A stretch of DNA of 58,253 bases from a virus (Duplodnaviria; Caudoviricetes). Below are positions 8,578 to 18,500 of the stretch, in pieces. Where the stretch lies: positions 1 through 58,253 of the IMG/VR virus record IMGVR_UViG_3300037510_000086. One strand, given 5' to 3'. The first letter of the stretch is position 1. Each line of letters starts with the position of its first letter. A model generated the notes under the pieces. The model was not told where the DNA came from and did not search any database. It saw only the letters and a program-made list of their open reading frames with translations. The position numbers and the translations under genes were made by a program.

Positions 8578-10653
8578 ATGGGAACCGAAATCGAAGCCGA
8601 CTTCGGCGGATGGGCCACGAAGGCCGGTCTCAAGTGCACCGACGGTCGAACCATCATGCGCGGTGCTTTCGAGCACATGGATAAGCAGCAGGTTCCTCTG
8701 GTCTGGCAGCACGGCCACAGCGACCCGACGAACGTGCTCGGCCACGCCGTCTTGGAGAACCGCGACGAGGGTGTCTATGCCTACGGGTTCTTCAACGACA
8801 CCAACCAGGGCAAGAACGCCAGGACTCTGGTCGAGCACAAGGACATCAAGTCCCTCTCCATCTTCGCCAATCAGCTGGTGGAGAAGGCCAAGAACGTCGT
8901 TCACGGGCAGATCCGCGAGGTCAGCCTGGTTCTCGCTGGTGCCAATCCCGGTGCCGTGATCGATTTCGTTGCGGTCCGACACGGCGATGGCAGCATCGAT
9001 CAGCTGGACGACGAGGCGATCATCCACACCGGTCTCGAACTGGAGCACGGCGAGGAGGACGAAGAGCCCTCTGCCAACGACGGGGACGAGACCGACGAGA
9101 CCGACGAGACCGACGAGTCCGAAACGGACGGCGAGGACGGCAACGAAGGCGGCGAGGGCGGTGAGGGTGGCGACGGAGCCGAACACTCGGACCTTTCTCA
9201 CTCCGCCGAGGACCCCACTGTCAAGGAGATCCTCGACTCGATGACTCCCGAGCAGGAGGGCGTTCTTCACTACCTCGTCAGTGAAGCTCTCGTCAAGGGC
9301 GCCAACAGCGCCCAGCACTCCGACCTCACCCACAACGAAGGAGGCGACGACATGTCGCGCAACGTTTTCGACAAGAGCAACGCCACCAAGCAGGGTGGGG
9401 AGCTCAAGCACACCCTGACCAAGGACGACGTCAAGGGCATCGTCGCCAGCGCCGTCAAGGGCGGTTCGCTGAAGGAGGCCGTCGAGGAGTACGCCATCGC
9501 TCACGGCATCACCGACATCGACATCCTCTTCCCGGACGCCAAGGCGGCCACCGGTGTCATCGAGCTGGAGAAGCGCCGGACCGAGTGGGTCGCGAGCGTC
9601 CTCAACGGTACCCGCCACACCCCGTTCTCCCGCATCAAGACCTTCACGGCCGACCTGACCCAGGACGAGGCCCGCGCCAAGGGCTACATCAAGGGCAACT
9701 ACAAGATCGAAGAGTGGTTCGGCGTCACCAAGCGGACCACCGGCCCGACCACGATCTACAAGAAGCAGAAGCTCGACCGTGACGACATGCTCGACATCAC
9801 GGACTTCGACATCGTCGCCTTCCTGAAGGGCGAGATGCGGCTCATGACCGAGGAGGAGATCGCGCGTGCGATCCTCATCGGCGACGGCCGCGACGTGACC
9901 GACGAGGACAAGGTCAAGGACCCGCTGGGTGCCGCCGACGGCACGGGTGTCCGTTCCATCCTCAACGACCACGAGCTGTTCGTGACCGAGGTCAACGTCA
10001 ACCTCGACGACGCCAACTCCTCCTACGAGGAGGTCGTGGACGCCGTCATGGACGGCATGGAGTACTACAAGGGCACCGGCACTCCGACCTTCTACACCAC
10101 GGTCCCGCAGCTCAACAAGTTCCTGAAGGCGCGCGACCTCCAGGGTCGTCGGTACTACGCCAACAAGCAGGAAGTCGCGGACGCTCTCGGCGTCAAGGAC
10201 ATCCAGCTGGTCGAGCCGATGAAGGAGATCGCCGACCTGGTCGGCATCATCGTCAACCTCGACGACTACAACGTCGGTACCGACCGCGGCGGCGAGCTGA
10301 CGATGTTCGACGACTTCGACATCGACTACAACCAGCAGAAGTACCTGCTGGAGACCCGCATGTCGGGTGCGCTGGTCCGCCCGAAGTCCGCGCTGGTCAT
10401 CCGCAAGACCGCCAGCGCCAACACCCTGGTCTCGCCGGTTCAGCCCGACTTCAACTCCACCACCGGCGTCGTCACGATCCCGTCCGTCACCGGCGTGGTC
10501 TACAAGGACAGCAACGGCACCACGCTCACTGCGGGCGACCAGACCGCCCTGGCGGCCGGTGCCTCCACCACGGTCTACGCGACCCCGGCCTCCGGCTACT
10601 ACTTCGAGGTCAACGACTCCGCGTCGTGGCAGTTCAAGCGCAAGGCTTCCTGA
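8578..10653 (+). CDS. Prohead protease - acidic linker - major capsid protein fusion; internal start at 9352
   Basis: PLVWQHGH, VLGHA, SLSI, EVSLVLAGANPGA (HK97-type protease); capsid domain downstream; AAGGAGG at 9338-9344 precedes in-frame ATG 9352. Confidence 0.9.
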   Translation: MGTEIEADFGGWATKAGLKCTDGRTIMRGAFEHMDKQQVPLVWQHGHSDPTNVLGHAVLENRDEGVYAYGFFNDTNQGKNARTLVEHKDIKSLSIFANQLVEKAKNVVHGQIREVSLVLAGANPGAVIDFVAVRHGDGSIDQLDDEAIIHTGLELEHGEEDEEPSANDGDETDETDETDESETDGEDGNEGGEGGEGGDGAEHSDLSHSAEDPTVKEILDSMTPEQEGVLHYLVSEALVKGANSAQHSDLTHNEGGDDMSRNVFDKSNATKQGGELKHTLTKDDVKGIVASAVKGGSLKEAVEEYAIAHGITDIDILFPDAKAATGVIELEKRRTEWVASVLNGTRHTPFSRIKTFTADLTQDEARAKGYIKGNYKIEEWFGVTKRTTGPTTIYKKQKLDRDDMLDITDFDIVAFLKGEMRLMTEEEIARAILIGDGRDVTDEDKVKDPLGAADGTGVRSILNDHELFVTEVNVNLDDANSSYEEVVDAVMDGMEYYKGTGTPTFYTTVPQLNKFLKARDLQGRRYYANKQEVADALGVKDIQLVEPMKEIADLVGIIVNLDDYNVGTDRGGELTMFDDFDIDYNQQKYLLETRMSGALVRPKSALVIRKTASANTLVSPVQPDFNSTTGVVTIPSVTGVVYKDSNGTTLTAGDQTALAAGASTTVYATPASGYYFEVNDSASWQFKRKAS

Positions 10654-10680
10654 GCTCCTACTGACTAGGAGCTAACTCCT

Positions 10681-11022
10681 ATGGCTCGGTTTTACGGAAA
10701 GGTAGGTTACGGCACATCTGTTCAAACGAAGCCCGGTATTTGGGATGACGTCATTGTCGAGTATCCGTACTTCGGCGACGTCCTTCGGAACATTCGGCAG
10801 CTTCGTGAAGGAGAGCGCGTAAATGGCGATCTCTCTGTGAATAACTCAATCAGCATTGTGGCTGATGCGTACGCCAGAGCGAATTTCATGAATATTCGCT
10901 ATGTCGAGTGGGTGGGGACCCTGTGGACGGTTTCGGACGTCGAAGTCCGGGGTCCCCGCCTTCTCCTGACATTGGGGGGTGTCTACAACGGACCGAAGGG
11001 AACAGTTGCAGGCACTCCTTGA
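10681..11022 (+). CDS. Head-tail joining (stopper-like) protein
   Basis: Directly after capsid; 113 aa, beta-rich. Confidence 0.55.
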   Translation: MARFYGKVGYGTSVQTKPGIWDDVIVEYPYFGDVLRNIRQLREGERVNGDLSVNNSISIVADAYARANFMNIRYVEWVGTLWTVSDVEVRGPRLLLTLGGVYNGPKGTVAGTP

Positions 11023-11296
11023 GGGGGTGCTGGGAAGCGATCATGTGTATTTCCAGCCCCCTTCCAACGTGCAAATGCAGTATCCCTGCATCGTGTATCA
11101 GCGAGACAGTGCTCGCACTGAGTTCGCAGGCAATAAGCCGTACAACTACACGCAGCGCTATCAACTGACGCATATTTCCAGGGACCCTGCAAGTGAGGAA
11201 ACCCTGGCAAAGATTGCGGCTCTGCCCATGACCAGCTACGGCCGGTTCTTTGTGGCGGATGACCTCAATCATGACGTCTTCGAGCTCTACTTCTGA
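10979..11296 (+). CDS. Tail terminator-like protein
   Basis: HVYFQPP...YPCIVY motif; directly before the tail tube gene. Confidence 0.65.
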   Translation: MSTTDRREQLQALLEGVLGSDHVYFQPPSNVQMQYPCIVYQRDSARTEFAGNKPYNYTQRYQLTHISRDPASEETLAKIAALPMTSYGRFFVADDLNHDVFELYF

Positions 11297-11309
11297 GGAG
11301 CAACACAGC

Positions 11310-12197
11310 ATGACCACTCTCAAGTGGGACCAGCCCGGAGAGCGCACCTATGAGACGGGTGTGTCCAAGGGTGTCCTCTACCTCCCGACCAACGGCGTCT
11401 ACGACCAGGGTGTTGCGTGGAACGGTCTGACGACCGTCACCGAGTCACCTTCCGGCGCCGAGTCCAACAAGCAGTACGCCGACAACATGGTCTACCTGAA
11501 CCTGCTCTCGGTCGAGCAGTTCGGTGGAACCATCGAGTCCTTCACCTACCCCGACGAGTGGGCGGAGTGCGACGGTTCCGCCGAGCCGACCCCCGGCGTC
11601 CTGGTCGGCCAGCAGCCGCGACGGACCTTCGGCCTGTCCTACCAGACCAAGATCGGCAACGACCTCGACCCTGAGGCCGGGTACAAGATCCACCTGGTGT
11701 ATGGCGCACTGGCGGCCCCTTCCGAGAAGGCCTACGCAACCGTCAACGACTCGCCCGAGGCGATGGGTCTCAGCTGGGACGTCTCGACCACCCCGGTCGA
11801 CGTTCCCGGAACGAACCCGGCTACCGGCAAGCCGTTCAAGCCGACCGCCAGCATGACCATCGACTCCACCACGGTCGACGCGACGGCTCTCTCCACGCTG
11901 GAGCAGGCCCTCTACGGCACTGCGGGTACCGACCCTCGCCTGCCGCTTCCGGGTGAAGTCATCGCGATGTTCTCCGGCACGGTCACGCAGGTCACTCCGA
12001 CCCCGCCGACCTACGACAACTCGACGCACACGCTCACCATCCCGGCGACCACCGGCGTCAACTACTACATCAACGACGTTCTCCAGACCGCCGGTCCGCA
12101 GACGATCACTCAGGACACCGTTGTCACTGCCGCTCCGGCGCAGGGCTACAAGTTCCCGGCCGTCACGGACGACGACTGGTACTTCGACTACGTGTAG
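11310..12197 (+). CDS. Major tail (tube) protein
   Basis: GAGGAG RBS; LKWDQPGERTYETGVSKGVLY, YADN, GYKIHLVY; C-terminal Ig-like extension. Confidence 0.85.
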   Translation: MTTLKWDQPGERTYETGVSKGVLYLPTNGVYDQGVAWNGLTTVTESPSGAESNKQYADNMVYLNLLSVEQFGGTIESFTYPDEWAECDGSAEPTPGVLVGQQPRRTFGLSYQTKIGNDLDPEAGYKIHLVYGALAAPSEKAYATVNDSPEAMGLSWDVSTTPVDVPGTNPATGKPFKPTASMTIDSTTVDATALSTLEQALYGTAGTDPRLPLPGEVIAMFSGTVTQVTPTPPTYDNSTHTLTIPATTGVNYYINDVLQTAGPQTITQDTVVTAAPAQGYKFPAVTDDDWYFDYV

Positions 12198-12227
12198 TAG
12201 TCCCATCGGCAGAAAGGAGGCCAGAGA

Positions 12228-12770
12228 GTGCTCATCATTCACGTTCCGATCGGCAAGGAAACCTACGACGAAGAGTCGAAGACTTTCTCCAAAAAGACGT
12301 TCGAGCTTGCGCTTGAGCACTCTCTGGTTTCCCTGTCAAAATGGGAATCGGTTTTCGAAAAGTCTTTCCTCAACACTGAGGAGAAGACCGTCGAAGAAAC
12401 GATCTGGTACATCAGAGCTATGACTTTGACGGCGAACGTTCCCGAGGAAGTTTTCGGGAGCTTTACCCCGGAGAATTTCGCCGCCATCGACAGCTACATC
12501 AACGCCAAGATGACTGCTACCTGGTTCAGTGACGGGCCGAACCAGAAGAAGACCCGGCAAATCATTACGGCGGAGCTCATCTATTCGTGGATGATCGACT
12601 TGAACATCTGGAAGGAGTGTGAGAACTGGCATCTTGCTCAGCTGTTCACACTCATTCGAGTCCGCGGTCAGCAGAACGCACCGCAGAAGAAGATGAGCAG
12701 GAACGAAGTCATCCAGAAGCAGCGTGAGCTGAACGCACAACGACGAGCCAAGTACAAGACTTCTGGGTGA
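12228..12770 (+). CDS. Probable tail assembly chaperone
   Basis: AAAGGAGG RBS; follows the tail tube gene; LEHSLVSLSKWES. Confidence 0.55.
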   Translation: MLIIHVPIGKETYDEESKTFSKKTFELALEHSLVSLSKWESVFEKSFLNTEEKTVEETIWYIRAMTLTANVPEEVFGSFTPENFAAIDSYINAKMTATWFSDGPNQKKTRQIITAELIYSWMIDLNIWKECENWHLAQLFTLIRVRGQQNAPQKKMSRNEVIQKQRELNAQRRAKYKTSG

Positions 12771-12785
12771 GAGGAGGAACTCGAC

Positions 12786-13574
12786 ATGCCAAGGCTCGAC
12801 TGGGACGCTCCGGGAGCTCGTTACTACGAAGCGGGTGTTGACCGTGGCGTCCTGTATGTTGCGGGCCAGCCGGGCGTCGTATGGAATGGTCTGACCTCCG
12901 TCGATGAGACTCCTTCGGGCGGTGAACCGCGCGCCTTCTATCTTGACGGCGTCAAGTACTTGAACTACTCAGCGCCCGAGGAGTTCGAGGCTACCATTAC
13001 TGCTTTCACATATCCTCTCGAATTCGAGGTGTGCGACGGCAGTGTTCAGCCTCGTCAGGGTCTGTTCCTCACTCATCAGAGGAGGAAGTCTTTTGGGCTG
13101 TCCTATCGGACCTTGATCGGCAGCGACCAGTCCGATGTCGAGGGTTACAAGCTCCATATCGTCTACGGGGCTCGTGTTTCTCCGACGGATCGCAACCGTC
13201 AGACGTTGAAGGAACAAAACGACCCAGACGACTTCAGCTGGAAGATCACGTGCAAGCCACCGGCCATGGACGGGTACAAGCGTACTGCGCATGTCGTGCT
13301 TGACTCCAGAACCACGGACCCGACGGTTCTTTCGGCGATTGAGGATATTCTCTACGGAACCGATGCGGACTCGGCGAGAATCCCCACCCTCACTGAATTG
13401 ATCGGCGCATACGACACGATCAACTCGATGACTGTCACCGACAACGGCGACGGAACGTTCACCGTCGAGGCTCCGTATGACGTTATTCGGATGCTCGACA
13501 GCGAAACCTTCGAGATCACGTCGAACAACGCCGTATTCATCGACGACACAACATACACCCTCAGCTCCGACTAG
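12786..13574 (+). CDS. Second tail-tube paralog
   Basis: RLDWDAPGARYYEAGVDRGVLY, WNGLTSV, GYKLHIVY align with 11310..12197. Confidence 0.8.
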   Translation: MPRLDWDAPGARYYEAGVDRGVLYVAGQPGVVWNGLTSVDETPSGGEPRAFYLDGVKYLNYSAPEEFEATITAFTYPLEFEVCDGSVQPRQGLFLTHQRRKSFGLSYRTLIGSDQSDVEGYKLHIVYGARVSPTDRNRQTLKEQNDPDDFSWKITCKPPAMDGYKRTAHVVLDSRTTDPTVLSAIEDILYGTDADSARIPTLTELIGAYDTINSMTVTDNGDGTFTVEAPYDVIRMLDSETFEITSNNAVFIDDTTYTLSSD

Positions 13575-13588
13575 AAAGGCGGTCCCCT

Positions 13589-14836
13589 ATGGCTGTCGTC
13601 ACTGGAATGACCGCCGCGGCCATGACGGCCATCCGAAACGGGATGGTCACCGGCGCTCATTTCGACTCGGCGAACCACCTCATCCTCGAAAAGTACGACG
13701 GAACCACGGTCGATGGCGGAGCACTCGCAAACGCCACTACGGCTCAGGCCGGTCCCGTCGAGCTTGCGACCAACGCTGAGACTCAGTCCGGAAGCTCCAG
13801 CACTCTGGCAGTGACTCCGGCCGGTCTCGCGTCCCTTCCTGGGTATCGAGTACAGATCGTCACCGGTATTGCCGAGACTGCCACCCCCGCAGCATGGCCG
13901 TATGGCGTCTCGTTGCAGAGCGTCACGACCGGATCGGGATGGACACCCGCCAACGGGTTCGGAACGATCATGACCGACAGCATCATGACGGACCGAACCA
14001 CTCAGACTTTCTGGGCATCGGCTGGCGGAACCACTTCGGCTCGATGCTGGACGAGGTCGTACCACGGAACTGACGGCGGCGGTGGTTGGACTTCGTGGCG
14101 AGAGATGCAGCTCACCACGAGCCTCACGGCGGCGTCCTTCACTCAGACCACGGCGATGTCTTCATATCCTGAGGGCTGGTCGAGGCTCTACTACAGCAGC
14201 TCCGGAACCGGATGGGACTTCTCTGGTACCGCTGGCGAAGTCGTGACGTACAAGAACACCACGACGGACTTCGCGCGTCAGATCTACACGTCTCACGCAA
14301 CCGGAAGCGGCTTCATTCCCGACGTCTGGTACCGAACCTCCAACACAGCGGCCGGATGGTCTGCGTGGAGGAAGTCGGTCTATGACCAGGGAGCGTGGAT
14401 ATCGTGGACTCCCACATGGTCTACGACGAGTGGTCTACACCTCCCCGGATGGGGAAGCACCGCCCCCGTGTTCAAGGCCCAGAAGCTCGGACGAAACGTT
14501 ACTGTGAAGTACGACATCACGTTCGCTTCGGATACGAACTTCGGTGCCAGCGCGACAACCACCGACAACTGGACGTTCAGCCTTCCTTCCGCGTGGCCTG
14601 CCGCTTCTTCGTCGGGATTCCTCGGGTACGGAGACATGTATAAGGACTCCACGAATCTGGGGACCTCTCGAATCAAGTTGGCGAGCACCAGTACGATCTC
14701 TTTCGGGATTCTGATCTGCTTTGTGGCGGGAGCTCTCGGGGGTGGTATCGGTGGTGACGTCGACTCGGTGACGCCTTGGACGTGGGCCAGCGGCCACTCC
14801 TTCCGAGGCGCCTTCAACTACGAAACCGCTGCGTAA
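13589..14836 (+). CDS. Minor tail or fibre protein
   Basis: ATT..AG.VELATNAET and AVTPAGL fibre repeat; S/T/W-rich with two ...GW[ST]xW repeats. Confidence 0.7.
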   Translation: MAVVTGMTAAAMTAIRNGMVTGAHFDSANHLILEKYDGTTVDGGALANATTAQAGPVELATNAETQSGSSSTLAVTPAGLASLPGYRVQIVTGIAETATPAAWPYGVSLQSVTTGSGWTPANGFGTIMTDSIMTDRTTQTFWASAGGTTSARCWTRSYHGTDGGGGWTSWREMQLTTSLTAASFTQTTAMSSYPEGWSRLYYSSSGTGWDFSGTAGEVVTYKNTTTDFARQIYTSHATGSGFIPDVWYRTSNTAAGWSAWRKSVYDQGAWISWTPTWSTTSGLHLPGWGSTAPVFKAQKLGRNVTVKYDITFASDTNFGASATTTDNWTFSLPSAWPAASSSGFLGYGDMYKDSTNLGTSRIKLASTSTISFGILICFVAGALGGGIGGDVDSVTPWTWASGHSFRGAFNYETAA

Positions 14837-14847
14837 AGGAGAACTGA

Positions 14848-15126
14848 ATGACTCTCGGCATCGAGGTCACCAAGCAGATGCTCGACGGCAAGGTAGCTCA
14901 GACCGTCATGGCAATGCGATCGGCTCTGGAGAAGGTTGAGGCAGTCCAGGCCTGGCTCGCGAACCACCCGGTAGTCGACAACGTCGATCCTTTGACCGCA
15001 GAGCCTTTCGGCTACACCGAGGACGAGGCATACGCAATGCGTCTCTACTTCGGTACGGTCGACAGCATTCGGACCAGCAACGCCAACATCACCGACATCG
15101 GTCGGAAGATGACTGGCCTGGAGTAG
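14848..15126 (+). CDS. Hypothetical tail-region protein
   Basis: AAGGAG RBS; 92 aa. Confidence 0.7.
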   Translation: MTLGIEVTKQMLDGKVAQTVMAMRSALEKVEAVQAWLANHPVVDNVDPLTAEPFGYTEDEAYAMRLYFGTVDSIRTSNANITDIGRKMTGLE

Positions 15127-15144
15127 TCAAAATGGGGAGGGAAC

Positions 15145-15522
15145 TTGATAACCATCACAACTACGGGCTCATTCAAGAGCACGCAGGACTTTCTCGATCA
15201 CGTGCATAGCCTAAACTTCCAGGGCATATTGCAGTCGTGTGGGGAGATGGGTGTCTCGGCTCTCTCTTCGGCTACCCCCAAGGAAACCGGACTTGCTGCT
15301 ACTTCGTGGGGGTTCACAGTCTCCAAGTCAGGCGGCATCTACGAACTCGCCTGGACGAACTCTGATGTTGAGAACGGGTTTCCCGTTGTCATCATGCTCC
15401 AAATGGGGCACGGAACCGGCACCGGCGGATACGTCCAGGGCCGAGACTTCATCAACCCGGCTATCAAGCCGGTATTCGACAAGATCGCTGACATTGTCTG
15501 GAAGGCGGTGACCCTCACTTGA
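15145..15522 (+). CDS. HK97 gp10-like tail completion protein
   Basis: ATPKETG...SW, GHGT, FINPAI motifs. Confidence 0.65.
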   Translation: MITITTTGSFKSTQDFLDHVHSLNFQGILQSCGEMGVSALSSATPKETGLAATSWGFTVSKSGGIYELAWTNSDVENGFPVVIMLQMGHGTGTGGYVQGRDFINPAIKPVFDKIADIVWKAVTLT

Positions 15523-18500
15523 GCAGTATCGACGAACGCATTGTTCGGTTGAAGTTCGACAACCAGGCGTTCGAACAAGGCATCGCCAGAAGCCGAGACT
15601 CTCTCGGACGCTTCACCAAGCAGCTTGAGACACCGGCTTCCGGTAAGGGTCTCGACAACGTCTCCAATGCCATCACCAAGGTTCGTGACGGTCTTGGGCG
15701 ATTCGCTTCGGAGTCTCAGAAAGACTTCGGCGAAGTCGATGCCGCCAGCAAGAAGCTGTCTCTTGAGCACATCGGCAACGGCGTCCAGTCGATAGCCGAC
15801 AAGTTCAAGGCACTGTCGGTGGTTGGCGTCACTGCTCTGGCTACGATCACAAGCCAGGCGGTAAGTTCTGGTCTCCAGTTCGCCAAGTCGTTCACGTTCG
15901 CGCCGATCATGGACGGCTTTCACGAGTATGAGACGAATCTCGGCTCGATTCAGACGATTCTGGCCAACACCCAGGCGTCGGGTGCCAAGCTGAAGGACGT
16001 CGAGGCCGCACTCAACGACCTCAATCACTACTCCGACCAGACCATCTACAACTTCTCGGAGATGGCCAAGAACATCGGTACCTTCACGGCCGCAGGTGTC
16101 GACCTCAAGACGTCGGCAGCCTCGATCAAGGGTATCGCCAACCTGGCAGCTCTCTCTGGCTCCAATTCGGAGCAGGCCTCGGCCGCGATGTACCAGCTCT
16201 CGCAGGCCATTTCTTCGGGGCGTGTCTCGCTTGAGGACTGGAACTCGGTTGTCAATGCCGGTATGGGTGGTACCGTATTCCAGCGAGCTCTGGCTCAGAC
16301 GGCCGAGAAGATGGGCACCCTTTCCGATGGAGCTGTGAAGCTCTCCGGTAAGATGAAGAACGTCTCGATCAATGGCAAGTCTTTCCGTGAATCCATCACG
16401 GCGAAGCCTGGTCAGGAATCGTGGCTGACTTCGAAGGTTCTGACGGCCACTCTTCAGCAGTTTACCGGCGACCTCAGTGATGCTCAGCTCAAGGCCGAGG
16501 GGTTCAGCGCTTCTCAGATCAAGGCGATCCAGGCCCAAGCAAAGACCGCCAAGGAAGCCGCCACCCAGGTCAAGACCCTGACCCAGCTCTTCGACACGAC
16601 CAAGGAAGCGCTTGGTTCGGGTTGGGCTCAGACCTGGCAGACCATATTTGGTGACTTCACCGAAGCCAAGGGTCTGTTCACCGATATCAGCACGTCTATC
16701 GGCAAGGTCATCAGTAATTCGTCCAATGCCCGCAACAAGATGCTGGCAGACTGGAAGAACGCTGGAGGTCGAGACGCCCTCATCCAGGGTATCGCTGCTT
16801 CCGTCGGCGCTCTCTCATCGGTCCTGAAGCCGATCAAGAACGCGTTCCGGGAGATATTCCCACCAACCACCGGCAAGCAACTCGCCGACTTCACCAAGGG
16901 ATTCAGAGACTTTGCGAAGAGTCTCATCATCGGGAAGGACACCGCTGACAAACTGAAGCGCACCTTTGCTGGTGTGTTTGCTGTCTTTGGTATTGCTTGG
17001 GATGTAATCAAGGGTGTAGCGAGTGTTCTCGCCCACCTCTTCGGAGTTGTAACACATGGCTCCGGGGGATTCCTCGAAATAACCGCCAGAATTGGCGACT
17101 TCCTCGTCGGCCTCAAGAAGGCCGTCGAATCCGGCGACGGACTGGAGAAGTTCTTCGGAGGGCTCGGCAAGGTTCTCGCCATTCCGATCAAGCTGCTTCA
17201 GGAGTTCGGCCGATGGTTGGCCGCTCTGTTCGACGGCTTCGATTCCTCAAAGGCCGAGAACGGCATATCCGGCGTCACCAAGAAGCTGGGACCGTTCGGA
17301 AAACTCCTCTCGCTCGTTCGCGACGCGTGGGGTAAGCTGATCGATCTCGTCTCTCGGGCTGGCGACATATTTGGCCCGATCAGCGACAACATCGCCAGTT
17401 TCATGGCTGGAATCGGTCCTGCGCTGACGAATTTCTTCTCCGGAATGAACTTCAACGACGTTCTCAACGGGATCAACACGGGCCTGTTCGCGGGCATTGT
17501 GCTTCTCGTCAAGAAGTTCATCGACAAGATCAAGGGAGACGGCGAACTCGCTTCTGGGTTCATCGATTCGATTACCGGACCATTCGAAGAGCTGACCGGT
17601 ACTCTCTCTGCGATGCAGGGAACTCTGAAGGCGACGACACTTCTCGAAATTGCCATCGCTGTAGGAATTCTGACCCTGTCTCTCTCCCAGCTCGCCAAGA
17701 TCGATGCGGAGGGACTTACCCGAGGAAGCACTGCGATCAGCGTCATGCTTGGTCAGCTTCTCGGTTCGATGGCGATATTCCAGAAGTTCATCGGAACCGC
17801 CGGATTCGCCAAGATGCCCTTCGTCATGGGGTCTTTGATCCTTCTCGCGGCCGCAATCGATATTCTCGCCTCTGCGGTCACGAAGCTCGCCAAGCTCGAC
17901 TGGAACGGTCTGGCGAAGGGTCTTACCGGCGTTACAGTTCTTCTGGCTGGTTTGCTGGGCGTCCTGAAGTTCATGCCGAATCCCTCAGGGATGATATCCA
18001 CTGGCCTGGGTTTGGTTATCCTCGCCGGAGCCATCAAGATCCTCGCTAGCGCGGTTGCCGACTTGTCGGGTCTTAGTTGGCAGGAACTCGCGAAGGGTCT
18101 TGTCGGAGTAGGCGCTATATTGGGCGCCCTGGTGCTGTTCACCATGTTCGCAAAGGCGGACGCAGGTGGGTTGGCTCAGGGTGCGGGAATCATCTTGCTT
18201 GCTAGCGGCATCAAGATCCTCGTTAGCGCGGTCAAGGATCTGTCAGGCATGTCGTGGGGCTCTTTGGCTAAGGGTCTTGTGGGTCTGGCTGGAGCTCTCG
18301 CGATCATTACCGGAGCTTTGATGCTCATCCCTCCGACCGCCGGTCTTTCGGCGCTTGGTGTATTGGGCGTTGCTCTATCTCTCGGGATGATCGCCGATGC
18401 TCTCGATCAGTTGGCTCAGATGTCTTGGGCCAATATTGGTTCCGCACTCACGGTGATGCTCGGCGCCCTGGCGATCATTGCGGCGGCTTTGATCATCATT

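Noticed and set aside
9085-9117. 9-bp tandem repeat GACGAGACC x3
   Set aside because: It simply encodes DET repeats in the acidic capsid linker; there is no evidence of a separate function.
12228-12770. Programmed frameshift in the tail assembly chaperone
   Set aside because: No convincing slippery heptamer near the 3' end, and the next gene is a tube paralog with its own RBS.
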